Origin: Lama glama
Lineage: Eukaryota
DNA: 64,000 nucleotides
Direction of reading: 5' to 3'
NCBI GenBank assembly: GCA_028534125.1
Contig: CM052817.1
Span: 4,900,001 to 4,964,000, forward strand
This document shows, piece by piece, positions 14,357 through 27,308 of this stretch. The notes under the pieces were generated by a model. It was not told the DNA's origin and made no database searches. It saw only the letters and a program-made list of their open reading frames with translations. Each line of letters opens with the position of its first letter. The first letter of the stretch is position 1. The translations under genes were made by a program, and so were the position numbers.

Positions 14357-15165
14357 TTACCTATCATCCATCTATTGTCATATGTAGGCACACACACACA
14401 CATATATAAAACCTCTTAGAGTGAATAATATTTTCATTTACAGAAAATATACTTTCATATCTTTTGCTCTCAGTAATTCTCAAAATAGTCCTAGCAGTAA
14501 ACATAGTATTACTATCACCATTAACATGTAAAACACTGAAGCCAGACAGTTTGAGAGGTTCTCTCCTTTCCTGCTTACGACGAGAAGGCAATGCCTTCGG
14601 AGGCCAGTGTGTGGAGGGAGTTTTGCTACTGACCCAGCATTTACATGGAATTAAAGGTGGTCTGTCATTAATCTGTTGGCATCTTAGAGACCGTAAACAG
14701 CGTCAAAAAGTGGTACCTAAAAAGGGAGGATGCCAACACAGCCTCCCTCCTTCAACACCCATCACAGCCCACATGTCCAACCCATCCCCTTGACCCAATC
14801 CAAGCAGTCTCCCCTGAAAGAGCTGAGACTCGGAGATCTTCATCTCAGCATTATTTACATTGGCAAGATAATCAGAAGCAGCCTGAAATAACCTATGTGA
14901 CATGTTAAAGGTTAGATGTCTTATTACCCTTCTCCAGAGTGGAAGGTTATGTAGTCACTAAAAATGATTCATAAGAAGTTTGTCATAAGGAAATTATGCT
15001 CCTGCCAGACAATCAGTTTGAAAAAGCAGAATCCAACACTGTTATACATGCTGTTTATATCGATTAAATTTACAGTCCTATTGACATGAGAAAAGAAGTA
15101 CAACAAGAATTGCACACCAAAATGTAATCTGGTGCAATGAACACAGGTTGCTTTTCTGATTAGAA

Positions 15166-16610
15166 ATGGTGCAGCCACAGTAGAGGACGGTATGGAGATT
15201 CCTCAAAAAGTTAAGAATATAACTACCATTAGATCCAGCTATCTCATTTCTGAGTATGTATCCAAAGAACATGAAAACACTAATTCAAAAAGATATTTGC
15301 AATAGAGGGCCCAGAAATGAACCCACAAACTTTTGGTCAGCTCATCTTCGACAAAGGAGGCAAGAACATACAATGGAATAAAGACAGTCTCTTCAGCAAA
15401 TAGTGTTGGGAAAACTGGACAGGAGCATGTAAAACAATGAAGCTAGAACACTCCCTTACACCATACACAAAAATCAACTCAAAATGGATCAAAGACTTAA
15501 ACATAAGACAAGATACAATAAACCTCCTAGAGGAAAATATAGGCAAAACATTATTTGACATACATCTCAAAAATTTTCTCCTAGAAGAAATAAAAGCAAG
15601 AATAAACCAATGGGACCTAATGACATTGGTTTACATCATTCAAGATGGATTTCAAACATGGATGCTCCTGGAGAATGTCATTCTAAGTGAAGTAAGCCAG
15701 AAAGAGAAAGAAAAATACCATATGAGATTACTCATATGTGGAATCTAAAAAACAAAAGCAAAAACAAAAATAAAAACAAAAAAACAAAGCATAAAAACGA
15801 AACAGAAATAGACTCATAGACATAGAATACAAACTTGTGGTTGCCAAGGGGGTGGAGGATGGGAAGGGATAGACAGGATTTCAAAATTGTAGAATAGATA
15901 AACAAGATTATACTGTATAGCACAGGGAAATATACACAAGATCTTGTGGTAGCTCACAGAGAAAAAAAAATGTGACAATGAATATATATATGTTCATATA
16001 TAACTGAAAAATTGTGCTCTACACTGGAATTTGACACAACATTGTGAAATGATTATAAATCAATAAAAAATGTTTAAAAAAAAGATATTTGCACCCATGT
16101 TCACTGCAGCACTGTTTATAACAGCCAAGGTACGGTAATAACCTAAGCATATATATATGACTTGATCACTATGCTGTACACCTGAAACTAACACAATATT
16201 GTAAATCAACTATAGTTCAATAAAAAAAGAAGATGCAAAAAAAGCTATATGAAATCTTGCCACTTGCAACACAGACAGACCTTGAGGGTATTACGCTAAG
16301 TGAAGTAAGAGAGAAGGAGAGAGACAAATCCTGTGTGATTTTACTCGTATGTAGGGTATAAAAAACAAACAAAAAGTAAATGAGCAAACCAAACCAATCA
16401 AAAACAAACACGACCATACCGAGACTAGAGCATTGGCTACCAGAGGGGAAGGGTGGGTGGGGGGAGTGGGCCGTCTGGTGAAGGACGGAGGGTTAGTTTT
16501 TGGTGGTGAGCACAATGTAGGGGCTACCGGGGTAGAAACATAATGTGCACATGAACCTTGTATCATGTTATAAACTGAATGTTCCCTTGATCAAATACAA
16601 ATTTAAAAGA
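15166..16610 (+). mobile_element. Older L1 3' portion interrupted by younger L1 insertions
   Basis: ggtgcagccacagtagaggacggtatggagattcctcaaaaag...aaagatatttgca|cccatgttcactgcagcactg rejoins across the insert; 3' UTR runs to ~16610; a second short L1 tail sits at ~16150-16230. Confidence 0.8.
15302..16078 (+). mobile_element. Young L1 (ORF2 C-terminus and 3' UTR) with internal deletion and 15-bp TSD
   Basis: TSD aaaaagatatttgca at 15287-15301 and 16079-16093; ORF 15437-15748 ([15 protein letters not shown]...[10 protein letters not shown]) is L1 ORF2p. Confidence 0.9.
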
Positions 16611-18355
16611 TTCCCTTGTACAGCAATCAAAACATGAAGGGGCTGAATTCCCCCAAGGGGTTTGGACGGTTGCCTGGAGACAAGACGCATGCGCACCTGT
16701 TACTCAGACTCCAGTGTACGACGTGCAGTGTGGCTTTTCCCCGTAGAAACCCCGAGTCTGAGGCACCCGTCAGGCGCACCTGGACACCCTCTCCTTGTGC
16801 TGTCACCCCCTGTTCACAGAGTGCTTCTGAGTATAAAGGGCCGTCGAAGCCATTGGTGACATTAGGAATGTGGGCTTGGCTAGACATTCCCATCGCAAAA
16901 GATGCGCTTAAATCACAGATCCGGCCGGGCGGGAGGGGCTTTCCCTCCCGGAACCACGGCCCAGTTTGTCCATAACCTCGCGGAGAAAGCCCAGGCGCTG
17001 CTCAGTGCCGCAGTGACTTCCTCGAAGCCGCGACTGGACACATTTGGGCACTATGCCAAAGTAGGGCTGGCCCCTCCCCACCCCCGCTGAGATCCCGGCA
17101 GCTACCCAGAGCTTGGAAAAATAGGCCACGGTGCCCAGACTGGTAGCATCAAACAGCTCCCAGTTACGGAAGCTCTGCTGAATGGTTTGGTGGCCACTGA
17201 GGTGTGGATGTAGTTCTGTGTTGGTGAGATTATAGGCAAGCGTGGCGTCGCTGGCTATAATGTCTGAAGACCAATCTCTAACGTGATTATATTCAGTTTA
17301 TTATTTGAGTGCGATCAGACTGCAGTTTGGATAAAATAGTGTCAAAACAAAGATAAAAAATCTGTCAACTGAGATGCAGAATGAGACAGTCAGAATTCAT
17401 TTCCTAGAACAGCCTGTCCCCTCCCCTTCCACAAAATCCAGCTCAGGAAACACTTACTAAGTGTCTCCAGCCTGTTTGAGACTGCATTAGAACCACAGAA
17501 ACAAAGGACCAGGAAACAGCCCTTGTATTCAAGGAGCAGGTGACTTCTCAGCCAGGACAGACAAGTAAACCAACAATTCGGGTTCAAGGCGGTGAAGGCT
17601 CTGTTGGGTCAAGCACAGGTCGAGGTTGGAGACATGAGGGGCACACACCCAACCTACGGAGCAGCAAAGGGTCCGGGCTTAAGTACCTTGAAAGCTGAGC
17701 CAAAGGAATGCACAGAATTTGGTTAGAGAAAGCGGGGAAAACACGGAGGTGGAAGTTTCAGGAAGAGATGTCACAGGCACAGGCACAGAGGCAGGGAAGC
17801 GACCAGCAAGGCAGCAATCAAGGACACAAATTAAAGCAGAGCTGATAGCCAAGGACGGGATGGAGAGAAAGTTCCAGAGCATGGATCCCAGCAGGCCTTG
17901 TGGTCCAGATTCAGAACTTGGAATTTAGCACGTCCACGCTGGGCAGCCATCCAGAGTGAAGTGAAACATCAGCTCTGTGAAATCCTTCTTGCTATCAACA
18001 CTATGGATGTGATTTTCCAAAACCTTAAATCCCCCACAGAAGACTTTGGAATTGTCCTACAACAACCTGAATGTGTCCTCAAACATCCATGAACCTTCTT
18101 TTCTAAATCTATTTCAATTTTGATTCATTAGATAAGAGAGCAGAATTTAAGCACATGCTTAAAGATTTCATCAGAAAATGTGCTCTACAACATATTCATC
18201 AGAAAATGTACTCGATGAAATATTCAAAAGAATATTTGAACCTGGAAAATTTCATTTCTTTCTCTTTACAGTGTGGAAGCCTCCCTCCAGCAGAGCTGTA
18301 TTTGCATTTGGCTCCAGAAGAAGGAATTCACAGGAGCCCCGGATGGAATCACTCA

Positions 18356-18535
<180 letters not shown>

Positions 18536-19711
18536 TTAGGCCAACATTCCAAAGGAAAAAAAAAAGCCCATCCCTGCAATCCTACTCCTGGGTTCAAGTC
18601 CTGGTCCCGAAATCTTGGTAGTGGAGCAGCTCTGGCTAAGCCACAGCCTCCCCACGTCCGCAAGAAGGAGGAGCTGGACCAGGTTCACCTGTTCATGGAG
18701 CAGTCACACTAAGTGCTGTCCATGTCCTAAGTGCTGAAAAAGCAGCTGCGGAAACAGGAGACGAAGAGAAGCAGCCCTGCCCTCAAGGAGCTCACAGCCT
18801 GGGAGGCAAACAGACAGATGGACCAGCGTCTACAACGCTGAGACATACAGTGTCCGTGCCCACTTGCGTGCCCACCTTCCCTCCACCAGCCCTGCTTCTC
18901 TTTGGCGGAGGACTCTGCCAGTAGAGCCTGCTCTGCTGTGACAGACGGGCAATGCCAGAGAGCTCAGGCCCACAAAAGCAACCTACGACAGCAGCTGGGA
19001 CATCCGCACCCCAGCGCCCTTGCCCATCCCCGGGTAAGTCTGAGGATCCCAGGGCTCCCAGAGTTTGAGCCTCTGCTCTGCGGGGCTGAGGGGGACTGGC
19101 CTGATGGTATACCCTGACCAGCAGCCTCCTGCCTTTCCTTCCCTGATTCACTTTCCAACCCTTCCTATGCTTTCTTCACCTCTCCAGGGCCTTTCGGTTC
19201 TGCTCCTGGGGAAACCCAAACTAAGGCACACGGGCACTGGGGGAGCAAAGGAGAAGTGGTGACAGTGACAGTGGCAGTTCCTGTCCTGAGCACTTTATTG
19301 CGGAGACTGAGAGAATTGTCTTCTCCATGATTCTGTGTGATCCCCACGAGAATCTTGGAATAAAGCCTCCATCCTCCCTGGAACGCGAGGAAGCAGTTGC
19401 CCCGAGTGCGCTCATCAACTTGCCCAGAGTTCAACAAGCCCCTTGGTGTCAGGGTTCAAACCCACAGGAGTCCGACTTCAGAGTGACTCCCTTACTCATG
19501 GTGGGGTGGGGACACGCTGTCAGGAAAGGCTCTCAGTGCCGGAGGGTGGGCATGAAAGGATGGAAAGATGGCAAAGGCAAAAAAAGAGGCTTTTAGGGGA
19601 AAGGAATGATGCCAAGGAGGACACGGAGCCTTAGGACACACGGCAAGGAGGACGATGTGGCTGGAAAAATTAGCAGGGCGAACAGGTACCGGGTCCCATC
19701 GTCCTGCTGGG

Positions 19712-19940
19712 GTATCGTATTCGTTTCCTCAGGTGGTCATAACGAAGTACCACAAAGCAGGGGCTGAAAACAACAGAAATGGACTGTCTCAGAGTTCCAG
19801 AGGGCCAGAAGCTTCCGATTAAGGTCGTGCAGGGCTGCGCTCCCACTGAAGTCTCCAGTGGGGGGACCCTTCTTTGCCTCTTTTAATTTCTGGGGGTCGC
19901 TGTCAACCCTTGATGCCCCTGGCTAACAGCCACATTGCTT
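19712..19940 (-). mobile_element. MaLR LTR fragment (MLT1C/D-like)
   Basis: gtttcctcaggtggtcataacgaagtaccacaaa...aaacaacagaaatggactgtctcagagttccagagg. Confidence 0.7.
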
Positions 19941-21299
19941 GAATTTGGCGAGGGGATACTGCTCCACCCAGCACAGTAGCTACTATTATTAGCCTCACTT
20001 GACAGATGAGGGAAGGTTTGAGACCTACCTCACAGCTCGGGACTCCAACCCAGCCCTCTGCCTCCCCGGGTCCGGCGCCTGACACCAGCGGCACTTCCTC
20101 CCCGGGCACAGGGCTTGTGACAGAGAGCGCCAGGGATACGGTTACAGGCTGGGAGGTGCGGGTTCTCTCTGCACATCCCAAGTTGCTCTTCTGTTGGAAA
20201 CTGGACCCCTTTCGGCTCCCACGTGCTGTGAATCTGAGGCAGATTCAAGACAATGGGGAAGAGCCTGAATCCTGACTCCCACTCCAGTTCTTGCTGCCTT
20301 TCCAGCCTTGGTCTCAGCACCTGTCTGAACGGAACTAGCCAAGCCCACCTGCCCCACTGGGGAGAAACTAAGTGGGACCACATGAGACCGAGGAAGTGGG
20401 CGCGCCTGGCAGTGTTAGGACTGGAATCTATTTTCTAAGACATCTTAGAAACATGCTTATGTTTCTCAGGAACACAGAGCTAAGAAGGCCGGACCTGGGG
20501 TCAGGAGGCTGGGCCCTGCCCCTGGCCCTCCTGCAGACCAGGAGTAGGGCCATGCACACATCTCTGGCCCTCTGGCCTCGCCTCCTCGTCAGCCAAGTGA
20601 GGTGGGTAGCAATGGCTGAATCAACCTGACCAGGAGTCAGAGAGGCTAAAATGAAAAACAGACCTAAGAAAAGTCAAAGGCACTGGGTAGAGATGAGGGT
20701 CTGCTGGGAAGTCACAAAGATGCAGGAAGTTCGGGCTCTGAGGCCACCCCAACCAGGGCTTCTACTTCAGCTCCACAGTGGGGCCACCCTCCCTGAGCCT
20801 CAGTCTACTCATCAGTCAAATGGGGCTAGTATGTTCTTCCTCCGAGGACATGGGAGGGGATGCTGTGAAGGGTGTGGTGCTGTCCCACTGCAGGTACTGA
20901 ATGCAGGCACCTTTTCTTTACTTCTCGGGGTTTCAGGCATATGACACTCCCAGGATAACGGGCTCTCAGCAAATGCAGTTATTGTGGTCACTAGCACCGT
21001 CATCACAACCATCATCAAGGACTCGTCTGAAGGAAGGGCAGGGTGCCGGGAGGGACGTCTGCTTCCCAGGACACAGGGTCACAGGTATTCCTGGTCCTAT
21101 GGCCGGAGCAGGCCTGGGTACCTGGGGGAGACAGTTCCTACTGACTGGTGGGTGGCTTGAGCCAAGCCCTTCGCTATATAGATTCAAGGAAGATTCTTCA
21201 CCATACAGATTCGAGCTCCCAGGCTCTCTGTCAGGCAGGATGACGGGGGCCCAGGGAGACGAATGCAGAAAACCAAAGAGGAGGGGACGAGCAGGATGC

Positions 21300-21692
21300 A
21301 GTCAGGGCTGAACAGCGCTCCTCAGAAAACATGCCCAGGCCTGACCCCCACTGCTGCGAAGGTGGCCGCACTTGGACAAAGGGCCTTCGCAGGTATAATT
21401 AAGTCACGGATCTCAAGATGAGTCATCCTGAATTAGGGTGGGCCCTGCACCAACCAGTGTCTCTATAATGAGAGAAAAGAAGGCAGAAGACGCACAGAGG
21501 AGCGGGCGGTGTGGCCATGGAGGCAGAGGCAGGAGAGACGCTGCATCTAGAAGCCAAGGGAGGCCAAAGATTGTTGCCAGGCCTGTGGCGGATCCTCCCT
21601 GGAGCTACCAGAAGAGTGGAGAATAAGCGCCTGCTGTTTGAATCCCCCCAGTTTAGGGTTCTTTGTTACAGCGGCCACAGGAAACTGATACG
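21300..21692 (+). mobile_element. MaLR solo LTR (MLT1C-like)
   Basis: gggccttcgcaggtataattaag...gatctcaagatgagtcatcctg...tttgttacagcggccacaggaaactgatac. Confidence 0.75.
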
Positions 21693-22245
21693 GTCTGTAA
21701 ATGCCCATCGTGGGCACCCACCTCTGGCTGACGGACTTGGCCGGGCACCTCTGTGAGCCCAACTGTGCGACAGGTTTCACCTGCCCCCCCCACCAGGTTC
21801 CCTGTCAGGTGTGCACGGAGCCAGGGGAGGAGCCTAGCAAGTGCCCGGGAAATGTGGGCAGGCTGGGGGGTGCAGGGCCAACTGGCACCCGGGACCCAAC
21901 CCTGAGCCCTGAGCCCTGAGCATGTCAACTCCCAAAGCAGCGCCAGGCTCGAGTCTGTGCGTCCCGGACCCCAAGTTCCAGCCCTAGCCCCTGGCCCGTG
22001 TCCCCTCCACCTGAGCCCGTGACCAGAGCAATCTCTGGTGTGCAGAGATTAGAGCTGGAGATTTCAGAGTCAGGAACATCTCTCTGCAACAGCTCCTCAC
22101 CGGCCAGCGCCACCTCTGCTCCAGTCTCTGCAGACGTCCTGCCCAGCAGCACTTCCAAGACCCCGAAGACGTGAGGCCCTACAAGGGCTTTCCTTCTCCT
22201 CCAGAAAATGTTCAAAGTCCTCCCTGCCTCTGTCACTCTGACAGG

Positions 22246-22478
22246 ATGTGTGTGGGGTGTGTGTGTGGGGTGTGCTCACCACACACACCATACACACTTC
22301 AAATATATACACACACATACACATCACACACACCACACACATATACACACATTCTTATCCCCACAGGTAGACACGCCACATATCACATATATATGTACAC
22401 ATACACACCACATATATATGTACACATACACACCACACACAAATAAATACACATACCACACATGAGACACACACACAC
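22246..22478. repeat. Degenerate (TG)n then (CA/TA)n low-complexity repeat
   Basis: A short gtgtgt run followed by a long cacac/atatac tract. Confidence 0.85.
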
Positions 22479-23554
22479 CCTTCATGCCAGCTACCTCAAA
22501 ACCCTTAGAATTTCCTTAAAGAGTTTCTCCACCGCACCACCTCTTTCTACCCTTCTCGCCTCCTCCCCGCCTCCCCGCCCCCTCCCCCACTAACTGTCTC
22601 TGCTGGCCCAGCACTTCCTGTGGGAAGCTCCCCTTTATCTGAGGGCTGCATCAAGCCCCTTTGCGGTGGGCTCCCACAGCCCCTCCATCTCCCGTGTTGC
22701 TCCAAGACACACCATTAATTCCGTGCTGCTTCTCCCTGGGTCTTCCCTGTTCCTGTCTGACAGTCAGACCCTGGACAACATGAGGGCAGGAGCCAGGCCA
22801 CCTGGTTCCTGATCGAACCCCAGGTTTTTAGGGGCTCAGACGTGTGAACTTGGCACCTTGACTCTGGACTCCCAGCACCAGCATGCTCTGTTCCCTCTGC
22901 TTAGAATACCCTTCCCACCAGCGGCCCCCTGCTGCGCTCCTAGCAGGCATCACCACTCCTGACCTGAGGGCCTCCCTGGCCCTGCCCTCCAGGCCTGAGC
23001 TCGAGTCTGCCAAGGAGCTGGAATTTCAGTTACAACAGGGCCCACCAGGCCCCGTGTGGCCGTGGGAAGGGGGGCCCTTGGTGCCTGTACTCAGCAGGAG
23101 GTCCCTCCGTTCCTCCCAACTTGAAAGCCTGCGGCAACCACATGACTGAGGGAATCCGCTGACACTACAGTATCATTACGGCCTTCCGAGCTCATGATGG
23201 ATGTTCTAGAAAGTTCATCAGCACGTCTCACCACCAGGCAGCTCTGCCCAGCTCCCAGGAGCCTCTGAAATAGAAGAGGAGGGTCCGGAGCGGCCCCAGT
23301 GTCCTCCGCAGGGCAGCACAGTGCACCCCCCGCCACGAGAAATCACAGTTAATGAGGCAGAGAATGAGCAATTTGGCCAAAGTCACCCAAGTTGCTGACA
23401 GGCAAGCACTCAATTAACATTCTCATTAGTCTGATTCAATTAGGAACTGATGTCATCACTATTAATTACAACTTATTGGGACAAATAAATAAATGCTAGC
23501 TTGCGTGGATTGCAGATCTTCCTTAAGAAAGATGTGTGTCAAGACACAGGGTGT

Positions 23555-23740
23555 CAGAAATTTGGGAATTGACTCCAAGTCAGCAAAGAAGGAGGCTGGG
23601 CCCCAGACGGGCTTCACCTTCAGAACAGTGACGTCAGTTCTGCGGCAACCCTGAGATGTGGGAGGGCCCTGGGATGCTGTACTCTGTAAAAGCTCCTGGG
23701 GGAGTCTGACGTGCAGTCAGCTGAGAATCACTTTGCTGCT
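23555..23740. mobile_element. MER5-like hAT-Charlie DNA transposon remnant
   Basis: aagctcctggggagtctgacgtgcagtcagctgagaatcact resembles a MER5 end. Confidence 0.45.
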
Positions 23741-24097
23741 GGACTGGTAAGGAAGGTCTCTGTCTGGTTGCAGCTTCAGTAACCTCGATGGGCAAGACTG
23801 TAACCCCTATTTTTCAGCTCGGGCAAACCAGACTCTAGGGGACAGGTGACCCCAGAATCAGAGAGGCCAGAGCCATGCTGGGAATGCACAGCTCTGCAGG
23901 TACAATGGCTGGCGCTGCCCTTCCGTGGCCCAGCCTGGGTGCCCCTTCTTACCTGACTCAGTTGACTGCCACTGCCCACCCCCCCACCACGTGTGAGTGT
24001 GCATGGATTGCATAAACAGCTATAGTGTGGCGTTAAAGGCCACGGGTTATGCTTATAGGAGCAAGAATCTGGGAAACAACCAATTTGGGGAAAAGCC

Positions 24098-24151
24098 AAA
24101 TAAATAAATAAATAAGTAAGTAAGTAAGTAAGTAAATAAATAAATAAATAA
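24098..24151 (+). repeat. Compound (TAAA)n(TAAG)n(TAAA)n microsatellite
   Basis: Read directly from the sequence. Confidence 0.93.
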
Positions 24152-24239
24152 GGTCGCTGAAAGAGAGTGATCACGCTGGGTACCATTGTTCAAACACCCT
24201 TATCTGACAAGAAGACTGACTTTGGCAGACAATGATGTT

Positions 24240-24660
24240 AATTACCCAAGTTCCTCCCCTTTCTTTCTCTGTAATAGGACAATTTTCTTCCAGAAGGCAA
24301 AGTAATCCATTAAATACTCACTTGCAGCCAAAAGTAGCCATAGTTCTGGCCAACGAGATATTAGTCTGCTACTGGCTTCTAAGAAAAGTCTTACATCTAA
24401 ATAAAAGGGACTAGCTATAGATGGTTCCACTTTTCTCCCCTTCACCATTTTCTGGTCCTTTCTATCTTGAGCACATATGCAATGTCTGGACCTGCAGCAG
24501 CCTCTTGTGACCATGAGGTTATGAGAGTCTCAGAGATACGGAACCTGTTAGTATGGCACCACCTACCTTCAGACTTCTTGTTATGTGAGAAAAATAAACC
24601 CTCCTTGTTTATGTCACTATGATGCAAATTTTCTTTTTATCACTCCTGAGAACATCCTCA
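24240..24660 (+). mobile_element. Old MaLR LTR (MLT1J/K-like)
   Basis: ttctggccaacgagat...gcagcagcctcttgtgaccatgagg...cagacttcttgttatgtgagaaaaataaacc. Confidence 0.65.
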
Positions 24661-25057
24661 TTAGAAAATTATATGATCTGATTTTTCCCCCACAGTCCCT
24701 TAAAGAGCAAGCACAGGAAGCTCAAACTACTTGGTACTTGATTCTAAAGTACCTGTCCTCAGTCAGCATGTAAAAAGAGAGAGCGCCATGGGGAGGCATG
24801 CCATGACTGGGGCCCAGCCTCACTGTGTGTCCAGCTATGCTCTAACCTAAGCCAGCCTTTCCTAGAGATGCTGAGAAGAGTGCACCCACTCCGTGGACTT
24901 TTCATCTCTGAGTTCTGACCTGTATCAGGTGACGCTCACTGGTGTTCACCTGAGGTGTCGCAGGCAGACATCATGGAGATTGTGGTGGAATATGAGGCAA
25001 CAAAGGCGAGTGAGAAGCAGACAACGGATGGCCTTGAATGACATTTTAAAAGGTTGG

Positions 25058-25290
25058 TGTTGCAGGTTGAATTATGTTTCCCAAACCAGTATGTTGAATC
25101 CCTAACCTCCAGTACCTCGGAATACGATGCATTTAGAGACAGGGCCTTTACAGAGGCAATTAAATTAAAATGGAGTCGAGAGAACAGGCCCAAATCCAGC
25201 AGGTGTTCTCTGGCCTCCAGCACTGTGAGACAATCCCTCCTGTGATTTAAGGCCCCAGCCTGTGAGATTTTGCCAGACCAATACAGTTGG
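25058..25290 (+). mobile_element. MaLR LTR, internally deleted (MLT1B-like)
   Basis: tgttgcaggttgaattatgtttccc...gtatgttgaatccctaacctccagtacctc...ggcctccagcactgtgagacaat. Confidence 0.7.
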
Positions 25291-26029
25291 CTTTTGTCCT
25301 GAGGGCGCTGGGGAGCTACTGTGGATCCTAGGGACACAACGGTGAGGGAATGAATGCATAAAGGAAAGAACATACAAACAAACAACAGGGAAAGTGTGGG
25401 CTTTGTAGGGAGAAGAGCTCTTTCTGACAATGGAGCGGAGGAGAGTGTGAAGGTAATTCCAAGAGGTGATCATGGGTTTTATAAATAATTTAACACCACT
25501 GCTTACACACACGGTTTCTCTCTAGAGTCATAATGGACACTGCAGTCAAGAAACGCCAACATGAGTCATGGGGACGAGACCCCAGGACCAGTCCTGGTGC
25601 TTCAGACACCCTTAGTGCCGGAAAATATCCTATAAGGTGACACAGGTTGGAACCACTCTATAGACATAAAAAGACCTGGGAAGACTCATCCAGAGGATGG
25701 AATGAGACGTCACTGTGGGAAGATGGGAAATGCAAATAAGCAGTGACGTCATCAAGCTGGGCAGTGATGGGTCGTCTGCTCTGGCTGGTGCTTGAAAGCC
25801 ATTCGCGAGTGAGCCTGCCAATTCCTGTGATATTTAGCTCTTGATAAAGCGATTCCTGGGAGCCAGCAAATTTCTTCAGAGTATGCTTCAAGCCAAACAC
25901 AGCCTAATTAATATGAAAGGAATAAATGTTTCATTAAAAAGAAATGGATTCCACCCTTTATAAAAATATGTCTGCATGAAAAATAAAAGTGTTTAGTAAA
26001 AGCATCATGTTTGAAAATTCTAAAAATGA

Positions 26030-26418
26030 AGAATAAAATAATGGCATTTGCAGCAACATGGATGGACCTGGAGATTGTCATCCTAAGTGAAGCAAGTCAG
26101 AAAGAGAAAGAAAAATACTATATGATATCACTTATATGTGGAATCTAAAAAAAAAAATGGCACAAATGAACTTATTTACAAAAGGGAAACAGACTCACAG
26201 ACATAGAAAACAAACTTACAGTTACCAGAGGGGGAAGAGGACGGTGGAGGGATAAATTAGGAGTTCAGGATTTGCAGATACTAACTAACTACTATATATA
26301 AAACAGGTAAACAGCAAAGTCCTACTATATAGCACAAAGCACTGTGTTCAGTATCTTGTAATGGCCTATAATGAAAAAAATATGAAAAGGAATATATATG
26401 TATAACTGAGAGAAAAAG
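26030..26418 (+). mobile_element. Short L1 3' fragment with 14-bp TSD
   Basis: gcatttgcagcaacatggatggacctggag...; TSD aattctaaaaatga at 26016-26029 and 26419-26432. Confidence 0.88.
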
Positions 26419-26659
26419 AATTCTAAAAATGATTCTTACAGAAGAATAACAGCTCACTATGGAGACAGATAAGTTAGGCACCTGGCCCAGAGTCACCGGA
26501 AGGACCAGAATTCCAACTCAGCTCTGTCAGGCTTTGAGCCGAAGCCCTCTAGCCATTTTGGTATGCACTAATTAACTCTTGCATTGTCCTGAAAAAAGCA
26601 AACATATATTCCAAGTCCCTGCCTGTGGTAGACATCTGTGCTATGGCCCCGTCATTAAC

Positions 26660-27030
26660 TCAGTCCCTGCCACAGGACCTTTGCATCTGCTGTCTCTTCT
26701 GTCTATCATGTTCTTTCCCCTAGATCTCCACATGGTATTTTTCCTTCTTAGCAGTCAGGTCTTGGCTTAAATGTCTCCATCTCAAAGAGGCCCTCCCTGT
26801 TGCCCTCTGCTCCAAAGAAAGAAGTCCTACCCTTCCAGGTAGTCCTACCTGCCCAAGCACTACACATTTTCTGCAAAGCAATTATCATCATTGAAACCAT
26901 GTTTGCTTATTGTTCGTATATTTGTCTCCTCAACTAAACTGGCAGCTCTATGGCATCAGGGACCTCATCCATCTTGTTTGCCACACCATCACCAGTACCA
27001 AAAACAATGCCGGGACAGAGCAGTCGGCGC
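26660..27030 (+). mobile_element. L2 LINE 3' fragment
   Basis: gccacaggacctttgcatctgctgt...cttaaatgtctccatctcaaagaggccctccct L2 motifs. Confidence 0.6.
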
Positions 27031-27159
27031 AAACGTTCACTGTCTGACTCTAAAGCCTGGCATGCTTTGCCCCGCGCTACCCTTCTCCTGGAGGATGGGC
27101 AGCTTAAAAAGATGAAAAAGATTCCAAAGACCACATTTTAAAAAACCACCTGCCACATA

Positions 27160-27308
27160 CTCTTTCTTTTTAATATTTAGGGAGTTTCTTTTTTATTTTG
27201 GGGGGGAGGTAATTAGGTTTGTTTGTTTATTAATGGAGGTACTGGGATTAAACCTAGCACCTCATGCATGCTACGCACGTGCTCTACCACTGAGCTACGC
27301 CCTCCTCA
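27160..27308 (-). mobile_element. tRNA-Ala-derived SINE (vic-1-like)
   Basis: Reverse tRNA head (ggaggtactggg...gtgctctaccactgagctac) preceded by a T-rich tail. Confidence 0.85.

Noticed and set aside
16444..16470. G-quadruplex-like G-run cluster
   Set aside because: Ordinary G-rich tract of an L1 3' UTR.
22097..22465. His/Thr- or Cys/Val-rich ORFs (also 28176-28705)
   Set aside because: Translations of CA/TG/TA simple repeats.
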